Below, piece after piece: positions 1 through 8,400 of a stretch of 22,339 nucleotides of DNA (its first letter is position 1; each line of letters starts with the position of its first letter). The notes below the pieces were generated by a model that saw only the letters and a list, made by a program, of their open reading frames with translations, searched no databases and was not told the DNA's origin. The translations under genes were made by a program, and so were the position numbers. The stretch is from a virus: the UHGV virus genome UHGV-1966322; one strand, given 5' to 3'.

Positions 1-588
1 AAGGAACGTCGGAGAGCCTTCCTGTTCAATATCCTCATCAAAGGCAGCAAGTTCATAATAACCCGCCACATCCACTGACTTTTCACGGTAGTTTTTTGCC
101 GCTTTACCGCCCAGGCACCAGAAGCCACGACCATTGGAAAAACGCTTCATTGTGAGCGTGTTATCCCGGTGCTTTTTGCCATACCACGGAGCCAGCGCCA
201 GCAGCGACGGAATATCGCGGATGGTCGGCTCAACGTGGGTTTTCATAAAGTTCTCGGCATCACCATCCGTCGGCAACCAGATAAGGGTGTTGCGCTGCTT
301 ATGCTCTATAAAGTAGGCATAAACACCCAGCAGCATTTTGGAATAACCGACACGGGCAGACTTCACCACATTCACCTCACGGATGTAGTCGCTGCCCATC
401 GCATTCATGATGGCCCGCTGAAAGGGCAGTGTTTCCCAGCGCCCTTCCTGGTATGCGGATTCTTTCGGGAGATAGTAATTAGCATCCGCCCATTCAACGG
501 CGGTCTGTGGCTCCGGCCTGAACAGTGAGCGAAGCCCGGCGCGGACAAAATGCCGCAGCCTGTTAACCTGACTGTTCGATATATTCAC
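1..588 (-). CDS. A: Terminase large subunit gpA, N-terminal 196 codons; gene continues beyond window start
   Basis: Reverse complement from 588 reads GTG AAT ATA TCG AAC AGT CAG GTT AAC AGG CTG CGG CAT TTT = (M)NISNSQVNRLRHF, the lambda gpA N-terminus; start overlaps the Nu1 3' end as in lambda; open frame to window edge. Confidence 0.9.
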   Translation of the reverse strand, partial: MNISNSQVNRLRHFVRAGLRSLFRPEPQTAVEWADANYYLPKESAYQEGRWETLPFQRAIMNAMGSDYIREVNVVKSARVGYSKMLLGVYAYFIEHKQRNTLIWLPTDGDAENFMKTHVEPTIRDIPSLLALAPWYGKKHRDNTLTMKRFSNGRGFWCLGGKAAKNYREKSVDVAGYYELAAFDEDIEQEGSPTFL

Positions 589-1108
589 TCAGCAACCCCG
601 GTATCAGTTCATCCAGCGCGGCTGCTTTGTTCATGGCTTTGATGATATCCCGTTTCAGGAAATCAACATGTCGGTTTTCCAGTTCCGGAAAACGCCGCTG
701 CACCGACAGGGGGATCCCGTCGAGAATACTGGCAATTTCACCTGCGATCCGCGACAACACGAAAGTACAGAATGCGGTTTCCACCACTTCAGCGGAGTCT
801 CTGGCATTCTTCAGTTCCTGTGCGTCGGCCTGCGCACGCGTAAGTCGATGGCGTTCGTACTCAATAGTCCCTGGCTGGAGATCTGCCTCGCTGGCCTGCC
901 GCAGTTCTTCAACCTCCCGGCGCAGCTTTTCGTTCTCAATTTCAGCATCCCTTTCGGCATACCATTTTATGACGGCGGCAGAGTCATAAAGCACCTCATT
1001 ACCCTTGCCACCGCCTCGCAGAACGGGCATTCCCTGTTCCTGCCAGTTCTGAATTGTACGGATACTCGCACCGAAAATGTCAGCCAGCTGCTTTTTGTTG
1101 ACTTCCAT
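563..1108 (-). CDS. nu1: Terminase small subunit Nu1 (181 aa)
   Basis: ORF translation MEVNKKQLADIFGASIRTIQNWQEQGMPVLRGGGKGNEVLYDSAAVIKWYAERD... matches lambda Nu1 from memory; sits immediately beside cos. Confidence 0.95.
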   Translation of the reverse strand: MEVNKKQLADIFGASIRTIQNWQEQGMPVLRGGGKGNEVLYDSAAVIKWYAERDAEIENEKLRREVEELRQASEADLQPGTIEYERHRLTRAQADAQELKNARDSAEVVETAFCTFVLSRIAGEIASILDGIPLSVQRRFPELENRHVDFLKRDIIKAMNKAAALDELIPGLLSEYIEQSG

Positions 1109-1109
1109 T

Positions 1110-1330
1110 GTTCATTCCACGGACAAAAACAGAGAAAGGAAACGACAGAGGCCAAAAAGCTCGCTTTCAGCACCTGTCGTTTCCTTTCTTTTCAGGGGGT
1201 ATTTTAAATAAAAACATTAAGTTACGACGAAGAAGAACGGAAACACCTTAAACCGGAAAATTTTCATAAATAGCGAAAACCCGCGAGGTCGCCGCCCCGT
1301 AACATGTCAGATAGCCGGAAAGGACCCGAA
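1110..1330 (-). other. cos: cos site: cosN 12-nt cohesive-end sequence at 1286-1297, cosB toward Nu1, cosQ side at 1298-1330
   Basis: Reverse complement of 1261-1300 is acggGGCGGCGACCTcgcgggttttcgctatttatgaaaa, the lambda left-end sequence joined to the right-end sequence ...gttacg. Confidence 0.85.
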
Positions 1331-1593
1331 TAATGCATACATCCGCATATATTATGGGCCCACACTCAAGCAAATAACTTGTATATGGTCGTAAAATCCC
1401 AATAGCATCTACCAAAGCAAACTATTGAAATTAACCTGTTCATCATGCTTTAAAATAAACCTATGTAATTAATACTTCCACTTAGTTCCAAACTGTTGTG
1501 TGTAGCAACTGACACATAGCCAAGAAAATAAATATCGTCGCAACTTATATGTCACCCCACTAAACCTTATCAACAAACTTACACGTTAAACAC

Positions 1594-2481
1594 TTAATCC
1601 CTATCTAAAATCCCTTTCTTATAAGCCCTAGCAAGATAAAGTAGGTTACTTTCCTTATCATCACTATGTAAAATCTCAGCATGCTTATCACTTACTTTAA
1701 TGAATCCCTTCGCAGCCTGCAGAAGCCCCAAACCTGTCACCAACGGATTTTCCGTGTCGCTAACACTAATAATCGCTCCTAAAACAATATTAACCATATC
1801 GTCAGAACCTGGCATTTCAAAACTTAAATTGTAGCGATTTAAGAACCAACCTTTATTAATTTCACTAATTCTGTTTATATCTTCCAAGGAATTACGGAAG
1901 CGTTCATAAGCCTTTTTTTGAAAAAGCGGCTCATCGGGAGCATAAGCAACATCTTGGTATAAGTCATCCAGATAATTATGGAACGCATCATAATCAACTT
2001 TATATTTATGCTTAAACTCAAGTATCTGCTCCGGATGGATATGTGGTCCGGGAACAGGAAGTGCATCAAAGAGTTCAAGTTTTAAGTTCGTATTTCTATC
2101 ACTTGTCCCATTCCCCCCTATAAATTCCTCTCCTATCTGATGTAAATTCCAGTCACGCTGAGGCTCATCCTTCCTTAACTTACTAAGTATCTCAACCTGA
2201 CGTTTTGGGAACTCTATCGGGTACTGATCGCTATTGAATCCGATAGACACTACTGGTCTAGACAAAAAGTCCAAACCAATCAATATATCTTCTCGGGGTA
2301 ATTGAAAATATATTTCTCTTGAGCCTGGAATTACTAATCTATCCCAAAAAAGAGTGTAATAATTCAAATCTTCTTCATTCAACCCTCGCGCTGTCTGGAA
2401 TCCACCAGTGGGCAAAACTTCCGTCATAACAGGTGAAGCAACAACACATCTTTCCACAATATTCCCCTTAGTAGTTTTCAC
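1594..2481 (-). CDS. Hypothetical protein (295 aa by ORF track), AT-rich orphan/cargo gene between spanin and cos; no recognisable domain
   Basis: Long uninterrupted ORF in visibly AT-rich DNA flanked by AT-rich intergenic DNA. First codon at 2481 is GTG without a Shine-Dalgarno sequence; an in-frame GTG at 2457 is preceded by aaggggaatatt and is a more plausible start. Confidence 0.6.
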   Translation of the reverse strand: MKTTKGNIVERCVVASPVMTEVLPTGGFQTARGLNEEDLNYYTLFWDRLVIPGSREIYFQLPREDILIGLDFLSRPVVSIGFNSDQYPIEFPKRQVEILSKLRKDEPQRDWNLHQIGEEFIGGNGTSDRNTNLKLELFDALPVPGPHIHPEQILEFKHKYKVDYDAFHNYLDDLYQDVAYAPDEPLFQKKAYERFRNSLEDINRISEINKGWFLNRYNLSFEMPGSDDMVNIVLGAIISVSDTENPLVTGLGLLQAAKGFIKVSDKHAEILHSDDKESNLLYLARAYKKGILDRD

Positions 2482-2730
2482 TCAAAAGCTTAGGAGAAAG
2501 TAACTATCACACCTACAAAAAAAAGTAAACGAAAAATACTGTATACTTGATTTGGATTATGAAACTCTATCAGTCACGCTTGTGGCAATAATAAAAATAA
2601 TCGACAACATCGGAATACCGAATAAAAAATCATCTCAAAAATGAAATCTACTAGCATTTTTCGGAACGTCTTTTTCATAAACTAGTACATAGAACAGTTT
2701 GACTGACTTTATAAAATTTATTTTTCCTAG

Positions 2731-3252
2731 TTAATGAGAGGCTCGAACATTTTCTATCTCTCGAATCCCTGCAAAGCGCTTGTTGCCCTTTTCGATAAGT
2801 GACAGTAATGGTTTTATCCAAAGCACTGCCTGACAATATGTCATTGGGCTGGTGGTAACGGCACGATCATCGGCTGAGTTAGGTTTGTCGGTATCGGTGT
2901 GCATGGCGCTGGCACGTAAACGGTACGCGTATTCGAGCAGCCCACCAGCAATGTCAGCAGGAACAGGCAGATCACAGGTTTTTTCACGGCGGAGAATCTC
3001 CCGGTATTCGATAACTGTTTCTTCAGTGCTGGTGTCGATCAGGGAGTTAAGCCTGATGGCATGTTCGGCAACCTGATTGAATCGATTGAAGTTGAATGCC
3101 TGGGTGGCGATCACCTGCCCCTGCATAGAATTGTCGCTTCGCAGAACGTCGTTATCGCTCTGAAGGCTATTGGCGTCGGAGCAACTCTTAACGAGAGCGA
3201 CCGAAAGGACAGCAATAACAACAACGCCTATAAGACCCGGATTAATTTTCAT
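2731..3252 (-). CDS. Rz: Rz-like inner-membrane spanin (i-spanin), 173 aa
   Basis: ATG at 3252 overlaps the endolysin stop (ATGA); N-terminal MKINPGLIGVVVIAVLSVALV membrane anchor followed by a polar, charged periplasmic region; position directly after the endolysin; contains a nested lipoprotein gene. Confidence 0.7.
   Translation of the reverse strand: MKINPGLIGVVVIAVLSVALVKSCSDANSLQSDNDVLRSDNSMQGQVIATQAFNFNRFNQVAEHAIRLNSLIDTSTEETVIEYREILRREKTCDLPVPADIAGGLLEYAYRLRASAMHTDTDKPNSADDRAVTTSPMTYCQAVLWIKPLLSLIEKGNKRFAGIREIENVRASH
2841..2987 (-). CDS. Rz1: Rz1-like outer-membrane lipoprotein spanin (o-spanin), 48 aa, nested in +1 frame inside Rz
   Basis: Manual translation of the alternative frame: (V->M)KKPVICLFLLTLLVGCSNTRTVYVPAPCTPIPTNLTQPMIVPLPPAQ; signal peptide with lipobox LVGC, proline-rich mature part; GTG start; not in ORF track because it is under 60 aa. 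Confidence 0.6.
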   Translation of the reverse strand: MKKPVICLFLLTLLVGCSNTRTVYVPAPCTPIPTNLTQPMIVPLPPAQ

Positions 3253-3797
3253 TGGTCTAACCCCCAGCACGCCAGCGCGCTTTCCTGGTCCCGTCGCTCA
3301 ACCTGACCATAGCAGCCATTCTTCTGGCCTTTGGTTAGACGGCAATCACGGCCACCGTCTTTAATCCACCAGCGGATAGCTTCACAGGCCCCTTTCCGGT
3401 CACCAGAATTGATGCGCTTATAGAACGTAGACGGGAAACATTTTCCGGGGCCGATGTTATATGGGCAGAAAGAAGCGATACCCGCTTTCTGTGGTTCGGT
3501 CAGTGGTACTTTGATATTTCGGTCAACCCACGCCAGCGCCTTGTCGCGTTCAATGGCGTTTACCTGGGCGCATTTCTCAGCTGACAGCTTCATGCCCTGT
3601 ACTACTGGCTTGCCATCAACCATTGTTGCACCACGGCAAATGGTCCAGAGTCCGCCGCCGTCGCGATATGCTGTCAAGCTGTTACCCTCTTTCTCATCCA
3701 GAAACTGATCGAGAATCACGGGTGCGGAAGCCCCGGCAAGAATCAAACCAACGACCGCTGCGCTCAATTTATTCTTCAGCTTTAGAGACATAGCCAT
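3249..3797 (-). CDS. R: SAR endolysin, T4-type (GH24) lysozyme with N-terminal signal-anchor-release domain (182 aa)
   Basis: Weakly hydrophobic Gly/Ala-rich N-terminal segment KLSAAVVGLILAGASAPVIL followed by E...D...T catalytic spacing (EGNSLTAYRDGGGLWTICRGAT); resembles phage 21 R / RrrD-type lysozymes; Shine-Dalgarno GGGAGGA upstream of the ATG at 3797. Confidence 0.85.
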   Translation of the reverse strand: MAMSLKLKNKLSAAVVGLILAGASAPVILDQFLDEKEGNSLTAYRDGGGLWTICRGATMVDGKPVVQGMKLSAEKCAQVNAIERDKALAWVDRNIKVPLTEPQKAGIASFCPYNIGPGKCFPSTFYKRINSGDRKGACEAIRWWIKDGGRDCRLTKGQKNGCYGQVERRDQESALACWGLDQ

Positions 3798-4047
3798 TGC
3801 GCCGATCCTCCCGTTCTTTCCAGCGGAAATACCAGTTCACTGCACAGGTGATTACCGTGCATGCGATACCGACAATAATTGCCCAGTCGCTCAGGCTTAA
3901 CCCTGCAATTCTGTCGGCCAACATCCAGGACACCTCTTTTGCTGTTTTTGCTGTTTCGGCATATGCCTTCGCTGATACACCGCAGCCGGTCAGCGTGGTG
4001 CCTGTTCCATATGAAAGTCTGCTATAAATGGTGCTCATTCTGGTCAT
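3769..4047 (-). CDS. S: Holin (92 aa) with dual-start motif
   Basis: First gene of the lysis cassette, overlapping the endolysin start; N-terminus MTRM gives two in-frame Met starts separated by a basic residue, as in holin/antiholin pairs; hydrophobic segment WAIIVGIACTVITCAVNWYF; Shine-Dalgarno GGAGGTGAGG upstream. Confidence 0.75.
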   Translation of the reverse strand: MTRMSTIYSRLSYGTGTTLTGCGVSAKAYAETAKTAKEVSWMLADRIAGLSLSDWAIIVGIACTVITCAVNWYFRWKEREDRRNGYVSKAEE

Positions 4048-4430
4048 AGCCTCACCTCCGATTCTTCGGATGGCGCTGTGTGTGTATGAAAAGGGTCAGG
4101 CTTCACGGGCTGGATTTATCAACAAAGCACGTAGCGGATGATTCCCGTGAGGCCTGAAATAGAAAAGCCCCGCATAAGCGAGGCTATAAATTCTTTGCCA
4201 CTTCCCGGAGTGGCCACGCTCATGCCCTTGAGGTGCTGTCGCGTCATCGCCGCTGATAACCGGTGCGTATCTGGCATTCACGCTGCTTTACCGGAGCTTA
4301 TTTTGATCTATGAACCCTTACCCATCACTACACAGGCTCGCCATTACGCGACTCGGGGCAGCATCATGACTGCTGCAGTGCCTTTCGACTGCGGTCTGTC
4401 CGTTCTACCCGTGCATTTTCTTACCCTCCA

Positions 4431-4467
4431 GAAACGCAAAAGCCCCACGGTGTTATCCGCGGGGCTT
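4431..4467 (-). terminator. Intrinsic terminator between Q-slot gene and holin; candidate tR'-type late terminator
   Basis: On the - strand: aagccccgcggataacaccgtggggctt hairpin (about 11-bp stem with one mismatch) followed by TTTGCGTTTC. Confidence 0.45.
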
Positions 4468-4551
4468 GAAACGAAGGCATTAACCCATCGTTGGGATAAA
4501 ATTAACACAGATTCGGGAAAAGTAAATAGCTGGAATTAACTTCCATAGCCG

Positions 4552-5463
4552 TTATCGTGTTATTTGTTTCAGTTGGTTTTCTGCCCATGCCTCTTCAATA
4601 TCGAATTTCGTAATCAGCTGATCATAGAACGGTTTAACGGACTTCTTCCACGTATCCAGGCTGATTACATCCGTAATCTGGCAAACAGCTGCGTGGGCCT
4701 CAGTTGAAGGAATGCGTTCATATCCACGCCCGCCGCAGCGCTTGCAGTCAGTCATAACCGGCACACCCTGTTTCTTCGTTTCCTTCTGGTCTACGGCTTT
4801 CCCACGTCCCCGGCAATCATTGCAGGCACAACTGACAACCTTCTTCCCCTTGCAGTTCGAGCACAGCACTCGAACCACCTCTCGAACCTGTCGTTTAACC
4901 TCGAAATCACTCGGTGACTGACCAAGCTCTTTCGCCCATTGAGGAATCCTCATTGAATAATGAGATTTCATTGTGAACACGTCGGCCTCAATAAATCCCT
5001 GCCCGCTGCAACAATCACACTGCTTAACGCTCGCAGCGCTGCGGGAGTAATCTTCAAAAGCGAAGGTGGCCAACTGGTGCATCACCTTAGGCTTAACCCC
5101 GGAATCCAACTTACGCAGTGCGGCAACCTTGTCACATTTGGTCATCGCATACTCAGCCAGCAGTCCGATCGCCCGCTCCCGGTCGTTATTACTTATACCC
5201 ATCTTGCCGAGGAAAGCACTGTACCCCATGGCAGCGCGTTCCTGAGTCATGCCCATTGCCGCCATGATGTCGGTGCAAGTCAGTGAATCAGAGGCGGTAG
5301 CACGCGGAGAATCGCTAATCAGAGTGGATTTTGCAAAGTGGTATTTCACTGTGTTTTCGAGGTTCATAGCGCTTCTCCAGCATAAGTTTTCACGTAATTC
5401 TTCAGTATTCGGTAGTCCGTCAGCACAGAGCCGGGAAAGTGATATAAGCGCAATCGTTGCCAA
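4552..5463 (-). CDS. Putative late-gene antiterminator (Q-slot protein, 303 aa) with DnaJ-type Cys-rich zinc-finger repeats
   Basis: Occupies the Q position (between rusA and the lysis cassette, with a roughly 500-bp promoter/terminator gap before the holin); four CxxCxGxG-like motifs (CDCCSGQG, CSNCKGKK, CNDCRGRG, CKRCGGRG). The CDS is solid; the function is inferred from position. Confidence 0.5.
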   Translation of the reverse strand: MATIALISLSRLCADGLPNTEELRENLCWRSAMNLENTVKYHFAKSTLISDSPRATASDSLTCTDIMAAMGMTQERAAMGYSAFLGKMGISNNDRERAIGLLAEYAMTKCDKVAALRKLDSGVKPKVMHQLATFAFEDYSRSAASVKQCDCCSGQGFIEADVFTMKSHYSMRIPQWAKELGQSPSDFEVKRQVREVVRVLCSNCKGKKVVSCACNDCRGRGKAVDQKETKKQGVPVMTDCKRCGGRGYERIPSTEAHAAVCQITDVISLDTWKKSVKPFYDQLITKFDIEEAWAENQLKQITR

Positions 5464-5500
5464 CGAACGCGGAGGTGATCGGCAAAGTAGGATTCGAATG

Positions 5501-5863
5501 TCATGCGGCCTCCAGCCCGGTGATTGTCAGTTCCAGCTTTCCACCTTTGGTAACGGGCATCTTCACAACGCGATAATCAACGACCTGAGCATCGTCCAGC
5601 CAGAAACCTGCTTTGGTGAGTGCGTCAAAAGCGGCCTTTTGCAGATTATCCAGGTCACGGCGACGGCGATCCGGCATGTGGCACTCAATGCGGATTTTCA
5701 CAGGCATAGCCAGACCGATATCCAGCATTGCGTTTTTAATGATTCGGGCGACGTTATCGCGGTATGCCTGCCCTTCTGCGCTGATGTGCGTGCGCCCGCG
5801 ATTATGGCGGTAGTAGCGGTTATTGCTCGGCGGCCAGGGCAATGTGATGTTGTAAGTATTCAC
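5501..5863 (-). CDS. rusA: Holliday-junction resolvase RusA (about 120 aa from GTG start; the ORF-track ATG at 5926 would give 141 aa)
   Basis: Translation ...[107 protein letters not shown] matches E. coli RusA from memory; start position uncertain. Confidence 0.85.
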   Translation of the reverse strand: MNTYNITLPWPPSNNRYYRHNRGRTHISAEGQAYRDNVARIIKNAMLDIGLAMPVKIRIECHMPDRRRRDLDNLQKAAFDALTKAGFWLDDAQVVDYRVVKMPVTKGGKLELTITGLEAA

Positions 5864-6069
5864 GCCTTGATTACCCCCTCTTTCAGCCAGATAACCTGCG
5901 TTCTCGCCATACCTTCCAGCGCGCATTCTTTTGCATATGCAGCATCGACTTGCTTGGCATGCCCTTTACCGGCAATCTTCTGTATGCGCTAAACCTAGAT
6001 AGAATCCACTCTGTGCACATTGAAGCCCGCTCTATGCTTCCTTTCAGGTATTGAAGGGATTGAGATGGG

Positions 6070-6417
6070 CTAAGCATTATTGGCCTCCTGCATCAGGAGA
6101 AAGACAATCATGGCGGCGCGGAGAGGTCTGGTATCAAATATTGGGCTTACGCCTTTTGCATCCACACACCATTCAGTTAACTGGTCTAAGATAGAAATCC
6201 TGTATTTCTCAATAATCGGCCATGAAGCGCTCGGATCATTGCAGTAGTCAGGTAAAGGGTTTAATGGCTCAAAAGTTGTATCAGCATTTCCGTAATACCA
6301 TTTGTTGGTGTTATTCCCTGACGTTTCCGGTTTACATGCCCAAAGGCCTTTAAAAATTATGTCTCCTACCATTCTGTTAATTTCAAAATCACTTAACTGT
6401 GAATAATCCATTGTCAT
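6070..6417 (-). CDS. Hypothetical phage protein, DUF2591/NinX-like (about 115 aa)
   Basis: ORF with ATG ([31 protein letters not shown]...) preceded by gaggaa; nin-region position; family assignment is from memory and tentative. Confidence 0.55.
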
Positions 6418-6556
6418 TTCCTCGCACGATGTCTTAGCCACCGGATATCCCACAGGTGAGCTGTGTAATTGAAGGTTTTTACGTCAGATTCTTTTGGGAT
6501 TGGCTTGCGTTTATTTCTGGAGCGTTTCGTTGGAAGGTATTTGCAGTTTTCACAGA

Positions 6557-6730
6557 TTATGTCGGTGATACTTCGTCGCTGTCTCGCCACACGTCCTCCT
6601 TTTCCTGCGGTAGTGGTAACACCCCTGTTGGTGTTCTTTCACACCGGAGACACCATCTATTCCAGTAAGGTTGGTTTGGTCGGAAGCGGTTATCTTCTTT
6701 GCATTCACCGCACCGATAACATCGCATCAT
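6557..6730 (-). CDS. ninD: NinD (57 aa, Cys-rich)
   Basis: Manual translation: [57 protein letters not shown]; ATG overlaps the ninC stop (ATGA); length matches lambda NinD; under 60 aa so absent from ORF track. Confidence 0.7.
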
Positions 6731-7599
6731 GCAGCCTCCCTCCCGAAGTCGAAATCAAGCTGCCCTCCAAATATTTCGCATGACTCAGAACAAGAGCCGG
6801 TATCGAATCTTTTAGCTCGTACCATGTCCTGATACAGGGCTTGATAATCATTTTCTGAATACATTTTCGCGATACCGTCCAGCGACATTCTTCCTCGGTA
6901 CATAATCTCCTTTGGCGTTTCCCGATGTCCGTCACGCACATGCGATCCCGTGATGACCTCATTAAAAACACGCTGCAATCCCTCCTCATCTTTGCAGGCA
7001 AGTCCGATTTTTTGCGTTGATTTTTTAATGCAGAATATGCAGTTACCGAGATGTTCCGGTATTTGCAAATCGAATGGTTGTTGCTTCCACCATGCGAGGA
7101 TATCTTCCTTCTCAAAGTCTGACAGTTCAGCAAGATATCTGATTCCAGGCTTTGGCTTTAGCCGCTTCGGTTCATCAGCTCTGATGCCAATCCACGTGGT
7201 GTAATTCCCTCGCCCGAAATGGTCATCACAGTATTTGGTGAAGGGAACGAGTTTTAATCTGTCAGTGCAGAACGCGCCGCCGACGTATGGAGTGCCATAT
7301 TTCTTTACCATATCGATAAATGGCTTCAGAACAGGCAGTCGCGTCTGAATATCCTTTGGTTCCCATACCGTATAACCATTTGGCTGCCCAAGCTCTGGGT
7401 TGATATCAACCTGCAATACGGTGAGCGGTATATCCCAGAACTTCACAACTTCCCTGACAAACCGATATGTCATTGGATGTTCACAACCTGTATCCATGAA
7501 AACGTAATGCACGTCTTCACCTGCCCGTCGCTTTTGCTCCATTAGCCAGAGCAAATATGCTGACGTCCTGCCACCGGAGAAACTAACGACATTTATCAT
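6727..7599 (-). CDS. ninC: NinC (290 aa), PAPS-reductase-like protein
   Basis: Translation from [47 protein letters not shown]... matches lambda NinC from memory; the ORF-track start is upstream of the true ATG. Confidence 0.95.
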   Translation of the reverse strand: MINVVSFSGGRTSAYLLWLMEQKRRAGEDVHYVFMDTGCEHPMTYRFVREVVKFWDIPLTVLQVDINPELGQPNGYTVWEPKDIQTRLPVLKPFIDMVKKYGTPYVGGAFCTDRLKLVPFTKYCDDHFGRGNYTTWIGIRADEPKRLKPKPGIRYLAELSDFEKEDILAWWKQQPFDLQIPEHLGNCIFCIKKSTQKIGLACKDEEGLQRVFNEVITGSHVRDGHRETPKEIMYRGRMSLDGIAKMYSENDYQALYQDMVRAKRFDTGSCSESCEIFGGQLDFDFGREAA

Positions 7600-8036
7600 G
7601 CAGCCCTGTCTCCCCATCGCGCTTTCCACTCCAGAGCCAGTCGCGCTTCGTCTGACCACTTAACGCCACGCTCTGTACCGAATGCCTGTATAAGCTCTAA
7701 TAGCTCCGCAAATTCGCTTACACGCATCCTGCTGGTTGACTGGCCTATTACCACAAAGCCATTCCCGGCAAGGTTAGGAACAACATCCTGCTGCTTTAAT
7801 GCTGCGGTAAACACACACTTCCAGCTTTCTGCATCCAGCCAGCGACCATGCCATTCAACCTGACGAGAGACGTCACCTAAGCAGGCCCATAGCTTCCTGT
7901 TTTGGTCTAAGCTGCGGTTGCGTTCCTGAATGGTTACTACGATTGGTTTGGTTGGGTCTGGAAGGATTTGCTGTACTGCGTGAATAGCGTTTTGCTGATG
8001 TGCTGGAGATCGAATTTCAAAGGTTAGTTTTTTCAT
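7596..8036 (-). CDS. ninB: NinB (146 aa), recombination mediator (Orf)
   Basis: Translation from MKKLTFEIRSPAHQQNAIHAVQQILPDPTKPIVVTIQERNRSLDQNRKLWACLGDVSRQ... matches lambda NinB from memory; 4-bp overlap with ninC. Confidence 0.95.
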   Translation of the reverse strand: MKKLTFEIRSPAHQQNAIHAVQQILPDPTKPIVVTIQERNRSLDQNRKLWACLGDVSRQVEWHGRWLDAESWKCVFTAALKQQDVVPNLAGNGFVVIGQSTSRMRVSEFAELLELIQAFGTERGVKWSDEARLALEWKARWGDRAA

Positions 8037-8109
8037 GACTTCCCTCTTCCCCAAATAAAAAGGCCTGCGATTACCAGCAGGCCTGTTATTAGCTCAGTAA
8101 TATAGATGG

Positions 8110-8400
8110 TCATCTTTTAACTCCATATACCGCCAATACCCGTTTCATCGCGGCACTCTGGCGACACTCCTTAAAAATCAGGTTCGTGCTCATCTTTCCT
8201 TCCCGTTCTTCCCTGGTAGCAAACCGGTAATACACCGTTCGCCAGACCTTACCTTCGATAACCAGAAGACCTGCCCGTGCCATTTTAGCCGCGGCCTGAT
8301 TTATGCTGGTTACTGTTGCGCCTGTTAGCGCGGCAACGTCCGGCGCACAGAAGCTATTATGCGTCCCCAGGTAATGAATAATTGCCTCTTTGCCCGTCAT
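8110..8400 (-). CDS. ren: Ren (96 aa), Rex exclusion protection
   Basis: Translation MTGKEAIIHYLGTHNSFCAPDVAALTGATVTSINQAAAKMARAGLLVIEGKVWRTVYYRFATREEREGK... matches lambda Ren from memory. Confidence 0.9.
   Translation of the reverse strand: MTGKEAIIHYLGTHNSFCAPDVAALTGATVTSINQAAAKMARAGLLVIEGKVWRTVYYRFATREEREGKMSTNLIFKECRQSAAMKRVLAVYGVKR

Noticed and set aside
169-1207. Plus-strand ORFs 169..528, 627..989 and 668..1207
   Set aside because: They lie antisense to the terminase A and Nu1 genes, whose identity is secure; shadow ORFs of GC-rich coding DNA.
2852-3076. Plus-strand 74-aa ORF inside Rz
   Set aside because: Opposite strand to the lysis operon; the real nested gene is the minus-strand Rz1 lipoprotein (2841-2987).
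4096-4281. 61-aa minus-strand ORF in the Q-to-holin interval
   Set aside because: No convincing ribosome-binding site, unremarkable composition, and it lies in the expected late promoter/terminator region; more likely noncoding.
5481-5500. tRNA T-loop-like motif (gattcgaa)
   Set aside because: Falls in a 37-bp gap between two CDSs with no room for a cloverleaf; no other tRNA-like sequence seen between the Q-slot gene and the holin.
5249-5992. 247-aa plus-strand ORF
   Set aside because: Antisense across the Q-slot gene and rusA; no independent support.
5883-6077. 64-aa minus-strand ORF upstream of rusA
   Set aside because: Overlaps the rusA ribosome-binding site, has no clear start signals and an odd basic C-terminus; may be a gene remnant at the mosaic junction. 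Left unannotated.
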